From Pseudomonadota bacterium (GTDB taxonomy: Bacteria; Pseudomonadota; Gammaproteobacteria; UBA9214), in NCBI GenBank assembly GCA_039714975.1, contig JBDLIH010000005.1:12857-76856 (forward strand): 64,000 bases of DNA, given 5' to 3'. Below, one piece after another: positions 8,143 through 16,589 of this stretch. Made by a program: the position numbers and the translations under genes. Position 1 is the stretch's first letter, and each line of letters opens with the position of its first letter. The notes under the pieces are model-generated. The model was not told where the DNA came from and ran no database searches. It worked only from the letters and a program-made list of their open reading frames with translations.

Positions 8143-9228
8143 CTAGGTGGCGCCTTCACCGCGCAGGGCTTCCATCAGGTCACGGACCTGGACAGCCGTA
8201 TCGCGGTAAATCTCTTCCAGCCGGCTGATGCCAGCTTCATCGCTATTTTCCGGGGCGGGGCCGACATCCCACTCCAGGGGAGTTGTGTGGAAGGGGACCT
8301 GGTCGAAGTAGGATTTGACCGGGCCCTGCAGGCTGACGATGACATGTTGCGCGGTCAGTTCCAGTGCGGTCATGTCAAGCGGTCCGGGTTTGGCAGTGTC
8401 AGCAAGGCTTACGCCATGGCTGTCAAGAAATTCCACCATGGCCGGATTCAGTTCGTTGGCAGGCTGTCGCCCGGCGCTGGTGTAGTTGCCGCTTTCGGGA
8501 AAATGCTTGCGGGCAATGGCCTCGGCGATCTGGCTTTGACAACTGTTGTCCTCGTCAATAAACAGGATGTTGTATACCTTGGGTGCCTTGGTGTCCCCGG
8601 TAGAGGCGAATACCGCTTCTTCGCAGAGGTTCTTGGCCTGGTCTGCGACCCGTTTCAACTGGTTGAAAACGGCGAACATTGCCAGCAGGTTCTTGACTGC
8701 GTCCCGGTCGTCATTGGCCATCAATTCGGAATAAATGATATCCAGATCATTCTCCATCTGCTCTTCCAGGATCATGGTGGCTTTTGCCATCTCGGGGTTA
8801 AGCTCGTTAAAGGCCTTGATGGACTGGCCCAGCATGAGTTGCGTCTCGTTGCCGACACGTTCGAGTTCACTGGACATCGGCCCTGACGGAGGTGACGACA
8901 GCTGTATTGCCTCGCGGGCGATGGTGGCTGCGTAATCGCCGATCCGCTCCAGTTCGATGTTTGCCCGGATCACGGAAGACAGCAGCCGCAGATGGCCGGC
9001 ACTCGGCAGATGCAAGGCAATGAATTTATGACACAACTGATCGATCCGCCGCATGGCGCGGTTGATCGGGTGGTCTGCAATTACGGTAGCGGATGCGAGT
9101 TTGCCGTTGCCGGTTTGCAGTGCATGCATGGCATTCCTGACCGCTGTTTCCACCAGCCCGGCCATGTCTGCTACCTGCTCGCGGATAACGATCAGGTCTT
9201 TTTCCAGACGTTCTTCATAGTGACTCAT
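8143..9228 (-). CDS. PhoU-domain protein fused to a catalytically degenerate LMW-PTP/ArsC-like domain
   Basis: The N-terminal ~220 aa is a PhoU duplication (...ANIELERIGDYAATIAREA..., ...VFNQLKRVADQAKNLCEEAV). The C-terminal ~130 aa aligns to the LMW-PTP/ArsC fold (NILFIDEDNSCQSQIAEA...YTSAG...NP). Its P-loop is D-x5-Q instead of C-x5-R. Confidence 0.8.
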   Translation of the reverse strand: MSHYEERLEKDLIVIREQVADMAGLVETAVRNAMHALQTGNGKLASATVIADHPINRAMRRIDQLCHKFIALHLPSAGHLRLLSSVIRANIELERIGDYAATIAREAIQLSSPPSGPMSSELERVGNETQLMLGQSIKAFNELNPEMAKATMILEEQMENDLDIIYSELMANDDRDAVKNLLAMFAVFNQLKRVADQAKNLCEEAVFASTGDTKAPKVYNILFIDEDNSCQSQIAEAIARKHFPESGNYTSAGRQPANELNPAMVEFLDSHGVSLADTAKPGPLDMTALELTAQHVIVSLQGPVKSYFDQVPFHTTPLEWDVGPAPENSDEAGISRLEEIYRDTAVQVRDLMEALRGEGAT

Positions 9229-9302
9229 TGTCTAGCGTCCCGTTGTGTCAAGTCGGGTTAGGCCGCAAGGCCATAACCCGGCAGGGTGTAAGAAATTGCG
9301 GC

Positions 9303-10175
9303 TCAATCGCACTTCACGGCGTGTATCGGGGCATAGCCTTTCTTCACCAATATGCATTGACCGGCATCGCTATGAATCCAGTCCATGTAGCTCTTGATCG
9401 CACCCCGGGGTTCGCCGTTGGTATACATGAACAATGGACGGGCAATCGGGTAGCTGCGGTCACTGGCTGTTGCCACGCTCGGGCTTACACAGGCATCCGC
9501 ACCGTCTGTGGCGATGCAGACCGACTTGAGGTGGTCCGTTGCGTAAGCCAGACCACTGTAGCCGATGGCGCAGGGTGTCTTCTCGACCAGGTCAACGACA
9601 TCCTTGGAGCCATGCATGTCCAGAGTGCCCTGGCGATACTTGCCTTTCTTGCCCAGCACGGTCTCTTTGAAATAGGCGTAAGTGCCGGAATTGTTCTGCC
9701 GGCTGACGACCACAATTTCATCCTTGCAGCCGGGTACGGTGATACCCATGTCCGACCACTTTTTGACCTTGGGGTCACGGCCATAGATATCCTTCAACTG
9801 TGCCAGCGACATGGACTTGACCGGGTTATTCTTGTGAATAAATACGGCCAGCGCATCGAAACCGACAACATGTTCGACCGGTGACTGGCCATTTTTCTTG
9901 GCCAGGTCCATTTCCTTGCCCTTCATTTTGCGGCTGGCGTTGGCGATATCCACGGTGCCGTTGATCATGGCGGCAATGCCGGTACCGGAACCACCGCCGG
10001 AAACCGCAACAGCAACATCGGGGTTAACCGTGGGATAGGCTTCTGCCCAGGCCTGGGCCACATTAACGAGAGTGTCGGAACCCTTGTTCTGAATCAGGGT
10101 GCGTGCCTGCGGGGCCATTGCGGTGAGCAGGGCAGACATCAGCAGCGTGGTGGAAAAAACAAGTTTCAGCTTCAT
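9303..10175 (-). CDS. pstS: Phosphate-binding protein PstS
   Basis: Signal peptide, then GSDTLVNVAQAWAEAY...VSGGGSGTGIAAMINGTVDIANASR. Start set to ATG 10175, 9 nt after AGGAG. The track start at 10184 abuts the SD. Confidence 0.85.
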   Translation of the reverse strand: MKLKLVFSTTLLMSALLTAMAPQARTLIQNKGSDTLVNVAQAWAEAYPTVNPDVAVAVSGGGSGTGIAAMINGTVDIANASRKMKGKEMDLAKKNGQSPVEHVVGFDALAVFIHKNNPVKSMSLAQLKDIYGRDPKVKKWSDMGITVPGCKDEIVVVSRQNNSGTYAYFKETVLGKKGKYRQGTLDMHGSKDVVDLVEKTPCAIGYSGLAYATDHLKSVCIATDGADACVSPSVATASDRSYPIARPLFMYTNGEPRGAIKSYMDWIHSDAGQCILVKKGYAPIHAVKCD

Positions 10176-10241
10176 GGGTAACATCTCCTGTTTAGATTAA
10201 TATTAGAAAAATATTAAATCTGTGTTAGCAATGAGCAGCTG

Positions 10242-10275
10242 ACTATAACAGCGGGATGTTACCGTTTTGTTACAA
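10242..10275 (-). promoter_or_regulatory. Candidate Pho box plus -10 hexamer upstream of pstS
   Basis: The minus strand reads TTGTAACAAAACGGTAAC (two half-sites 11 bp apart with an A-rich spacer, roughly 12-14/18 to CTGTCATAWAWCTGTMAY). A 10-nt spacer and TATAGT follow. This is the same geometry as E. coli Pho promoters. Confidence 0.5.
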
Positions 10276-10361
10276 TACTGATTGCCTCAGGACGTCTCCA
10301 CCTTGTTACTTTGAATGTATAGGCAATATATAGGCCGTTGACGCCGGCTTGCCCTGCACGG

Positions 10362-10712
10362 CTACTTTTTGCCTTTCTTTTTTCCCTTGCCCTTTTTCTT
10401 GTCCTTGTCTTTTCCCTTGCCTTTGTTCTTTTTCTTTTTTTCCTTTTTGTCTTTCTTGCCTTTGACAGCAACCTTGCTCTGTTTCACTGACGCCCCTTTG
10501 TCTGTGTCTGGCCGGGTTGTTCCTGATTCGGCAAGCAGTTCGGTGGCAGCGGCAATGACCCGGGCTGCACGTGCTTCACTGAAGCCGGGAATGGCAGTGA
10601 TTTGTTCGATTGATGCCTTGGAAAGGCTGACAAGGCCTTTGATGCGATGTTCGGCCAGTGTTTCTGCTGCTGCCGGTCCGATGCCCGGAATATCGATAAT
10701 GGCTGGTTTCAT
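10362..10712 (-). CDS. Helix-hairpin-helix (HhH) DNA-binding protein with histone-H1-like poly-Lys tail
   Basis: HhH motifs IPGIGPAAAETL and IPGFSEARAARV. The C-terminal ~40 aa reads KGKKDKKEKKKKNKGKGKDKDKKKGKGKKKGKK. Confidence 0.7.
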   Translation of the reverse strand: MKPAIIDIPGIGPAAAETLAEHRIKGLVSLSKASIEQITAIPGFSEARAARVIAAATELLAESGTTRPDTDKGASVKQSKVAVKGKKDKKEKKKKNKGKGKDKDKKKGKGKKKGKK

Positions 10713-10926
10713 GTTATGCCCCCATTCGTTTTTGACGCCTTACCCATTCGTTGTTGATGCTTTAATTTAGATGAACTTGTAATACTGGCATTTGCCTGAA
10801 TTAGTGGCAATTTTATAGACTGATTATATGATGGAAATTTGATCTGGATCAAATATTACGGCCTGTTGATCCGGGCTCGCAGGGTGCGGGTCTGTCGTCG
10901 CCCGGGGTATTCCGGGATATGAGCAC

Positions 10927-11679
10927 CTATTCCCAGCAAGATATGCGTTGCTTGACATCCTCCCACAGGGCTTCGTAGCAATGGGCCGTGCGACCATTGG
11001 GTGCGAAGTCACCCAGCGGGGTGCGACAGGTCCCCATGCGTTCCACTTGACTGTCGTAGGGTATGGCCGTTTGCAGGAGATTTTTCATGTAGTCCGGCGG
11101 GGTGTCCACGATAGAACTGTGCATTTTTTTGCGGCGATCGACCATGGAGAAGAATGGCAGGATCTTGACGGTATCAAGATCGTGCTGCCGGAAAAACTTT
11201 TGTATCTGCTTGTAGGTACGCAATGACAGGGTGGTGGGTATGGTGGGCACCAGCACGGTGTCGGTTGCCTCGAAGATGTTTTCCGATACCAGGGAAATGC
11301 TCGGCGGACAGTCAAGAAAGACATAGTAATATTCGCTCTTGAAGGGTTTGAGCAGTTTGCGCAACTGGCTTATCGGGTTTTTCGTATGTTCCAGATAGAG
11401 GTCCATCTTGCGGTAGGAAAAATCCGCCGGCAACAGGTCGAGCAGTTCATAATCAGTGCCGCGGATAAAATCTTCCAGGTCACGTTTGCCCTGGACCAGG
11501 CGTTTGCCGCCGCCCTTGATCTTCGGTTTGATACGGAAGTAATAGCTCGCGGCACCCTGGGGATCAAGGTCCCAGACAAGTGTGGGTGCACCCTCGCGGG
11601 CAGCAAGCCAGGCAAGATTGACGGCAGTGGCGGTTTTCCCAACGCCCCCCTTGATATTGTATGTGGCGATTACTTTCAA
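10927..11679 (-). CDS. Orphan ParA/MinD-family ATPase
   Basis: Deviant Walker A KGGVGKTATAVNLA and DLDPQG. Start moved to TTG 11679 (M)KVIATYNIKGG, 10 nt after GGAG and 14 nt below the CHAD gene stop. No parB-like gene is adjacent. Confidence 0.85.
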   Translation of the reverse strand: MKVIATYNIKGGVGKTATAVNLAWLAAREGAPTLVWDLDPQGAASYYFRIKPKIKGGGKRLVQGKRDLEDFIRGTDYELLDLLPADFSYRKMDLYLEHTKNPISQLRKLLKPFKSEYYYVFLDCPPSISLVSENIFEATDTVLVPTIPTTLSLRTYKQIQKFFRQHDLDTVKILPFFSMVDRRKKMHSSIVDTPPDYMKNLLQTAIPYDSQVERMGTCRTPLGDFAPNGRTAHCYEALWEDVKQRISCWE

Positions 11680-11695
11680 GCTTGCGTTTCTCCGG

Positions 11696-13249
11696 CTAAT
11701 GGCTGGATGAGAAAAGTTTTCGGAATCGGTCCTGGTTGTCCTGGCGTGAGAAGCCGGCGTAGCGGCCGGAAAATTCCTCACGTGCCTGGCGCTGGCGCCG
11801 TTCCAGACCATCGATCAGCATACCCATGGCGAGCAGCGTGTCAGGAGGGACTGCGCCTTCGGCAACCATCTGGTGGCTGAATGTTTTCAGGGTGGTGACC
11901 TGTACCTCATAATCCTGAAAGTTACCCAGGTTGTCCTGCAATGTCTTGAGTGTGCGGATTAATTCCTTGATATTGCCGGCCGGGTACAGGCTCAGGAAGA
12001 ACTCCATGAGATAACGCAGTTTCTTGCAGGTCTTGCGCAGTTCATGGAGATCATCCGCGGGCGATTCAGGGGTGATGGCATCGCCTTCCCGGATGACGCG
12101 CCGGAAGATACGCCAGATACGCTCGCTGGCTACCTCAACGACGGGCCGGCCTGCATTTTTCAGCGTCGAGCGTTCGTTGACCGATTCCTCAAGAAAACTG
12201 CGCCAGTTCCTGATCAGACGGCTGTAGCGTGCCGAATTCAGTGCCTTGACCAGGCTTTTGTTTTCAGCTTTCTGGTGTTTGATGAGGAACGTACGCAGTG
12301 GCTCGATATCGGTCTGCACGGCGGCAGGGAGGCTGTTACGGTATTCGTCAAAGTTCAGTAAATAGACATCCAGGTCACGGCTGGGACTGGTTATTTGCCC
12401 GAGCCAGGCAAATTCGGCTTTATATCGGTCAACAATGCGTTTCGGGAACACTGCCTTGATCTGGGAAAGGGCGGAACGGGTACGGCGAATAGCGACCCGA
12501 AAATCATGCAGGAACTCGGTGTCCGTACCGGTGCGTGTGCCGGCCTCGTTTTGCAGCATGATATCAAGTAGCCGATGCAAGATGAGCTTGCTTGCCTCAT
12601 CTGCCCGCATGGCGGGATCCAGTTCCAGGTTCAGTTTGGACGAGTAGTTACCCGGTGTTTCACCGATAGTGGACAGGACCGCCAGCAAGAGATCATCCTC
12701 TGCCGGGCTCAAACCCTGCTGCTGCAGAATTTTTGCTACTGCCTTGCCGGGTTTCGGGAAACCCCTGACCGGAATGATGACTGCCCGATTATCAAGTTTT
12801 CCGGAACGGACTCCTTTCTGTCGAGGCAGGGTGTTTTCCTCGACCACCAGCCAGGCCACCGTTTTTTCGTCCTTGTTCAGGATGCGCAGGGTGTTGGTCC
12901 TGGTGCGAATTCTGAATTTCGGGACCAGTTCGCGCATTTCAAGCACCGGTTCAAGCTGCTTGCGGAGCGGTCCTTGTGGCAGGTCCCAGGCAAATCGGGG
13001 CGCTTTATTCAGCTTCAGGCGGGGACAGCGTTGTTCACCTTTCAGGGTTCGCCATACCAGTGTGTGGCTGTTGCCGTCACGGGTGTCTTCAAGTAGTGAA
13101 TCATCCAGATACAGACGCCAGTCAAAACTGTCATAGTACGTCCGGTAGATCGTCCGTGACGGTTCTGTGAGTAATCGTGTGTTTTCCTGAAGAGTTGACT
13201 GCAAGTCTTCGAAGCACAGGTTCTCGGGAATAATATAATCTATACGCAT
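11696..13249 (-). CDS. CYTH-like (degenerate) / CHAD domain protein
   Basis: CHAD helices EFLHDFRVAIRRTRSAL and DDLHELRKTCKKLRYLMEFF. The N-terminal ~200 aa is CYTH-like (YYDSFDWRL) but lacks ExExK. Start moved to ATG 13249 (MRIDYII...); the longer ORF would overlap the divergent gene. Confidence 0.8.
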   Translation of the reverse strand: MRIDYIIPENLCFEDLQSTLQENTRLLTEPSRTIYRTYYDSFDWRLYLDDSLLEDTRDGNSHTLVWRTLKGEQRCPRLKLNKAPRFAWDLPQGPLRKQLEPVLEMRELVPKFRIRTRTNTLRILNKDEKTVAWLVVEENTLPRQKGVRSGKLDNRAVIIPVRGFPKPGKAVAKILQQQGLSPAEDDLLLAVLSTIGETPGNYSSKLNLELDPAMRADEASKLILHRLLDIMLQNEAGTRTGTDTEFLHDFRVAIRRTRSALSQIKAVFPKRIVDRYKAEFAWLGQITSPSRDLDVYLLNFDEYRNSLPAAVQTDIEPLRTFLIKHQKAENKSLVKALNSARYSRLIRNWRSFLEESVNERSTLKNAGRPVVEVASERIWRIFRRVIREGDAITPESPADDLHELRKTCKKLRYLMEFFLSLYPAGNIKELIRTLKTLQDNLGNFQDYEVQVTTLKTFSHQMVAEGAVPPDTLLAMGMLIDGLERRQRQAREEFSGRYAGFSRQDNQDRFRKLFSSSH

Positions 13250-13337
13250 TTGCTGTCGTGCCCGGATTGCTTTCCGGTAATGAATATATCTGCCCCACGC
13301 TGATAATCCGGTAACCGTATTTTTTATACAGCCCATT

Positions 13338-13372
13338 CTGTCACTAAAACTGCCATTCATGCAATGATAAGT
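13338..13372 (+). promoter_or_regulatory. Pho-box-like direct repeat plus -10-like hexamer upstream of the CNNM gene
   Basis: CTGTCAC-TAAAA-CTGCCAT, then 10 nt, then ATAAGT. The half-site period is 12 bp rather than the canonical 11 bp. Confidence 0.3.
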
Positions 13373-13412
13373 GTATGTTTTGGCAGATCTGGCTGGATTC
13401 TGGTATGAATAT

Positions 13413-14672
13413 ATGATGGAAATTGTTGCTCTGCTGGTGTTGCTGGTTTTTTCCGGAATTTTCTCCGGCTCGGAGACGGCCCTGGTTGCGCTGTCCATGG
13501 CGCGGGTGGGAGCCCTTGTCACGGAAGAGAGAGCGGGTGCGAAGGCGCTCTACCAGCTCAAGAAAGACCCTTCGCGGATGCTGACGACCATCCTGATCGG
13601 TAACAATCTGGTCAATATTGCAGCCTCGGCACTGGCGACGGTTGTTGCAACGCGGGAGTTTGGCAGTGCCGGGCCGGGTATTGCCGTTGGTGTGCTGACC
13701 CTGTTTATTCTGGTGTTTGGTGAAATTACACCCAAGAGCCTGGCGACGCGTTTTTCCGAGCGCATTTCACTGTTTATCGCCTTTCCGTTACTGACATTCA
13801 TGCGCCTGATTTATCCCCTGGTGTGGTTCTTTGGCAATTTCACCAACTGGGTACACCGCCTGACAGGCGGCAAGGGGGATCCAACGGTGACCGAACTGGA
13901 ACTGATCGGGATGCTGGGATACGGTGTTGAGGAAGGCGCCATCGAGCATAATGAGCAGAAAATTATCGAGCGGGTATTTGCCTTCAATGACCTGAAGGTT
14001 CGGGATGTCATGACGCCCAAGGGTAAAATGTTTACCCTGGACAGTGCGCTTTCAGTAGCCGCAGCCATCCCGGTAGTATCGCAGGAGCGCTATTCGCGGA
14101 TTCCCCTGTTTGAAGGACAAAACGATAACATAACGAAGGTGCTATACCTGCGGGACCTGCTCAGGGCTTCTGCCAGCGGGCAGATGGAAGAATCACTGGG
14201 CAGTATTGCCCATGAGCCGCTGTTCGTGTCGCAGTATCAGGCGATCGATGACCTGTTTGCCACCTTGAGACAGCGTAACCGGCTTTTCTCTATCGTGGTG
14301 GATGAATACGGAGATGTACGGGGAATTGTGACGCTCGAAGACCTGCTGGAGGAACTGGTCGGTGAAATCTACGATGAAAGCGATGTTGCGCCACTTGATG
14401 TCGACAGTCTTTCCATGAATGAAATCAGTGTGCCGGGATCTGCTGAACTGCGTGTGGTAGAGGAATTCTTCAATCTGGAACTGCCGGGAAAACCAACCGA
14501 TACGGTCAGTCTGTGGATCTTGAGCCACACGGAATATATTCCCCGCGAGAGTGAAACATTCACAATCGACAATCTGGAAGTCAGGATTGTCAGGGCATCG
14601 GACCGCAGTATCGACCAGGTCAATATACGTTACCCTGCCGGTGTTCCGGACAGTGTTGAAGATGATCAATAA
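13413..14672 (+). CDS. CNNM/CorC-HlyC family transporter (DUF21 + CBS pair + CorC_HlyC)
   Basis: FSGIFSGSETALVAL (DUF21), a CBS pair, and a C-terminal transporter-associated domain. The track start is GTG 13371 and the first ATG pair is at 13413/13416. Confidence 0.85.
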   Translation: MMEIVALLVLLVFSGIFSGSETALVALSMARVGALVTEERAGAKALYQLKKDPSRMLTTILIGNNLVNIAASALATVVATREFGSAGPGIAVGVLTLFILVFGEITPKSLATRFSERISLFIAFPLLTFMRLIYPLVWFFGNFTNWVHRLTGGKGDPTVTELELIGMLGYGVEEGAIEHNEQKIIERVFAFNDLKVRDVMTPKGKMFTLDSALSVAAAIPVVSQERYSRIPLFEGQNDNITKVLYLRDLLRASASGQMEESLGSIAHEPLFVSQYQAIDDLFATLRQRNRLFSIVVDEYGDVRGIVTLEDLLEELVGEIYDESDVAPLDVDSLSMNEISVPGSAELRVVEEFFNLELPGKPTDTVSLWILSHTEYIPRESETFTIDNLEVRIVRASDRSIDQVNIRYPAGVPDSVEDDQ

Positions 14673-14681
14673 TGAGATCCC

Positions 14682-14755
14682 GTCATTCCCGCGAAGGCGG
14701 GAATCCAGTAAACCGAGCTGGATTCCAAATGGATCCCCGCTTTCGCGGGGATGAC
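14682..14755. repeat. GC-rich double-hairpin palindromic intergenic repeat (copy A)
   Basis: gtcattcccgcgaaggcgggaatcc...ggatccccgctttcgcggggatgac. Lies between convergent genes. Belongs to the same family as 40443-40509, with compensatory stem changes. Confidence 0.85.
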
Positions 14756-14763
14756 GTGGAGGG

Positions 14764-15966
14764 TTAAGTCAGAGACAGCAAGGCTGCAGCCAGCAGTTCA
14801 GCATCATAATAAGGTGCACTTTGCTTGCTGATCAGACGGGTATCGATGATCCGGATACCCAGTTCCTGCATGAGCGGGGCTGACAGTGATGACGGGTAGT
14901 TACCCCGCTTGCTGTCCATAAGCACAAAATTAAGCAGTTTCCCGTTGGGACACTTGTCGGTGTTATCGGCACGCAGGTAGTCGAGCAGGGTCAGTACGGA
15001 ACTGTCCAGGGTCATACCGATTTGTTCCGGGTCCTGTCCAAGGTTGGGAATGTAGACTTTCGGGCAATCCGTCGCGGCGATGGATGAACCGACGCCTGCC
15101 GGCAACAGGTTGGCCACCAGGCTTGAATAGAAACTACCGGGCGGGTAGCAGATGAGTTCCGACTGCTGGATCAGTCGGCAGTACTTTTTGCGCATTTCTG
15201 CCTTCGCAGCGATGGGTTTGTCGCGATGACTGGACAGGAACAGGCGGCTGACGGGTGACTTCAATGGTGCAGCTTCCTTGCCGGTCAGTCGATGCTGACC
15301 GGTCACGCAACTGCCGTCCTCCAGTTCTGCCGCCAGGTGCAGGTCGTTATTGACCACGGCGAGTACCGTGCCCAGTACATTGACCAGTTTGGAGAACAGG
15401 AAAATGATCGGGTCCAGGTGTTTGTGGTTATTCAGGTAACCGCCGGCAAGAATCAGATTGCCTGTACTGGCGCCACGCAGATCGAAATCATCCGGCATGG
15501 CCTCACGGAAGTAGCCCAGCTGGTTGCGGATCAGCCGGCGCATGGGGTTGGAGATGGCTGCCACCAGTGGTTCCTTGCCCCTGATCATCAGGTCGAGCCT
15601 GGCCAGCAGTTCGTCGGCGGGTTCATCAACGGGAAAACGATAGGTAAATAGCTGGTAAACCTCCGGGTGCCCGGTAATATTTTCATCGGCGAGAGCGACC
15701 AGTCGGCTGCGGAGGTCGCCAATCGACGGCATGGAGAAGGCCTGGCGCAGCTTTGCCGAGCTGCCGCCGGAATCAAAGGGCGTAACCAGGTGGATGGAGT
15801 TGTGCGTGTAGCGTTTTATTACACGGCTCGTGGCGGTGAGGGCAGTCCCGCCGCTGAAAAACAAAATGCGAGGCCCCAGTTCGGGTGCCTTCAGGTAGCG
15901 ACTGAGTCGCACCCGGTCGGGTATTTTTACGGTGCGGGTGATTCTGACAGATTTGTGTTCAGACAC
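14764..15966 (-). CDS. CofD/YvcK-like protein (GAK-system CofD-related type)
   Basis: N-terminal ILFFSGGTALTATSR...LVTPFDSGGSSAKLR is typical of the CofD/UPF0052 fold. Divergent from the ATP-grasp/kinase operon. Confidence 0.75.
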   Translation of the reverse strand: MSEHKSVRITRTVKIPDRVRLSRYLKAPELGPRILFFSGGTALTATSRVIKRYTHNSIHLVTPFDSGGSSAKLRQAFSMPSIGDLRSRLVALADENITGHPEVYQLFTYRFPVDEPADELLARLDLMIRGKEPLVAAISNPMRRLIRNQLGYFREAMPDDFDLRGASTGNLILAGGYLNNHKHLDPIIFLFSKLVNVLGTVLAVVNNDLHLAAELEDGSCVTGQHRLTGKEAAPLKSPVSRLFLSSHRDKPIAAKAEMRKKYCRLIQQSELICYPPGSFYSSLVANLLPAGVGSSIAATDCPKVYIPNLGQDPEQIGMTLDSSVLTLLDYLRADNTDKCPNGKLLNFVLMDSKRGNYPSSLSAPLMQELGIRIIDTRLISKQSAPYYDAELLAAALLSLT

Positions 15967-16115
15967 TATTCAGGTCCGTGAGTGGTTCAGGGGGCATGTC
16001 CACATCTCAGTCGCAGGTCTCCGGGCTCATCTGGTACATAAGGTTTGTATTATTAACCTCGACGTTTGACTGCTATGATTAAATACTACAATACAATAAC
16101 CGCTATGGCAGGCCT

Positions 16116-16589
16116 ATGGAATCGATAGTTGCTCCGATACGCAATGCTGCCCGCGCACTGATCAGGCAGGACAATAATATTCTGCTGTTGCGCAAGGAGG
16201 GGTATGAAGACGGTGAGCGCTTTGCCCTTCCCGGGGGAGGGCAGGATTTGGGGGAGACACTGGAACAGGCGTTGCACCGTGAATGTTTGGAGGAAATCGG
16301 TACCCGGGTGGAAATCCATGATCTGGTCCATGTGGCGGACTGTTTCAAGCCGCGGGATACATTGCCCCGCAGCACGCGTCACCTGACCGAATTTCTGTTC
16401 GCGTGTACCGTTCCTGGTGACTATGTACCCGGGAACGGTCACCACCCGGACAAGCACCAGGTAGAGGTGGTCTGGGTCAGGCTGGAGGAGCTGGCGGACA
16501 TGCCGCTTTACCCGAGGGCGCTGGCCCCGTATCTGGTGACATCCAGGGAGAGTGACGGCACCGTTTATCTGGGCACTATCGACTGGTAA
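16116..16589 (+). CDS. Nudix hydrolase (canonical Nudix box)
   Basis: GGGQDLGETLEQALHRECLEEIG matches Gx5Ex7REUxEExGU. Confidence 0.85.
   Translation: MESIVAPIRNAARALIRQDNNILLLRKEGYEDGERFALPGGGQDLGETLEQALHRECLEEIGTRVEIHDLVHVADCFKPRDTLPRSTRHLTEFLFACTVPGDYVPGNGHHPDKHQVEVVWVRLEELADMPLYPRALAPYLVTSRESDGTVYLGTIDW

Noticed and set aside
10259-10770. ORFs 10259-10471 (KRKKRKRTKAREK...) and 10369-10770 (FFFPLPFFLSL...) overlapping the poly-Lys tail of the HhH gene.
   Set aside because: They are frame-shifted or antisense readings of the AAG/AAA-rich tract. Only the 10362-10712 frame has a structured HhH N-domain and sensible boundaries.
16066-16097. Sigma-70-like promoter for the GAK-type operon (TTGACT ... 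TACAAT).
   Set aside because: The spacer would be 15 or 20 nt, not 16-18, so the evidence is too weak to list as a feature.
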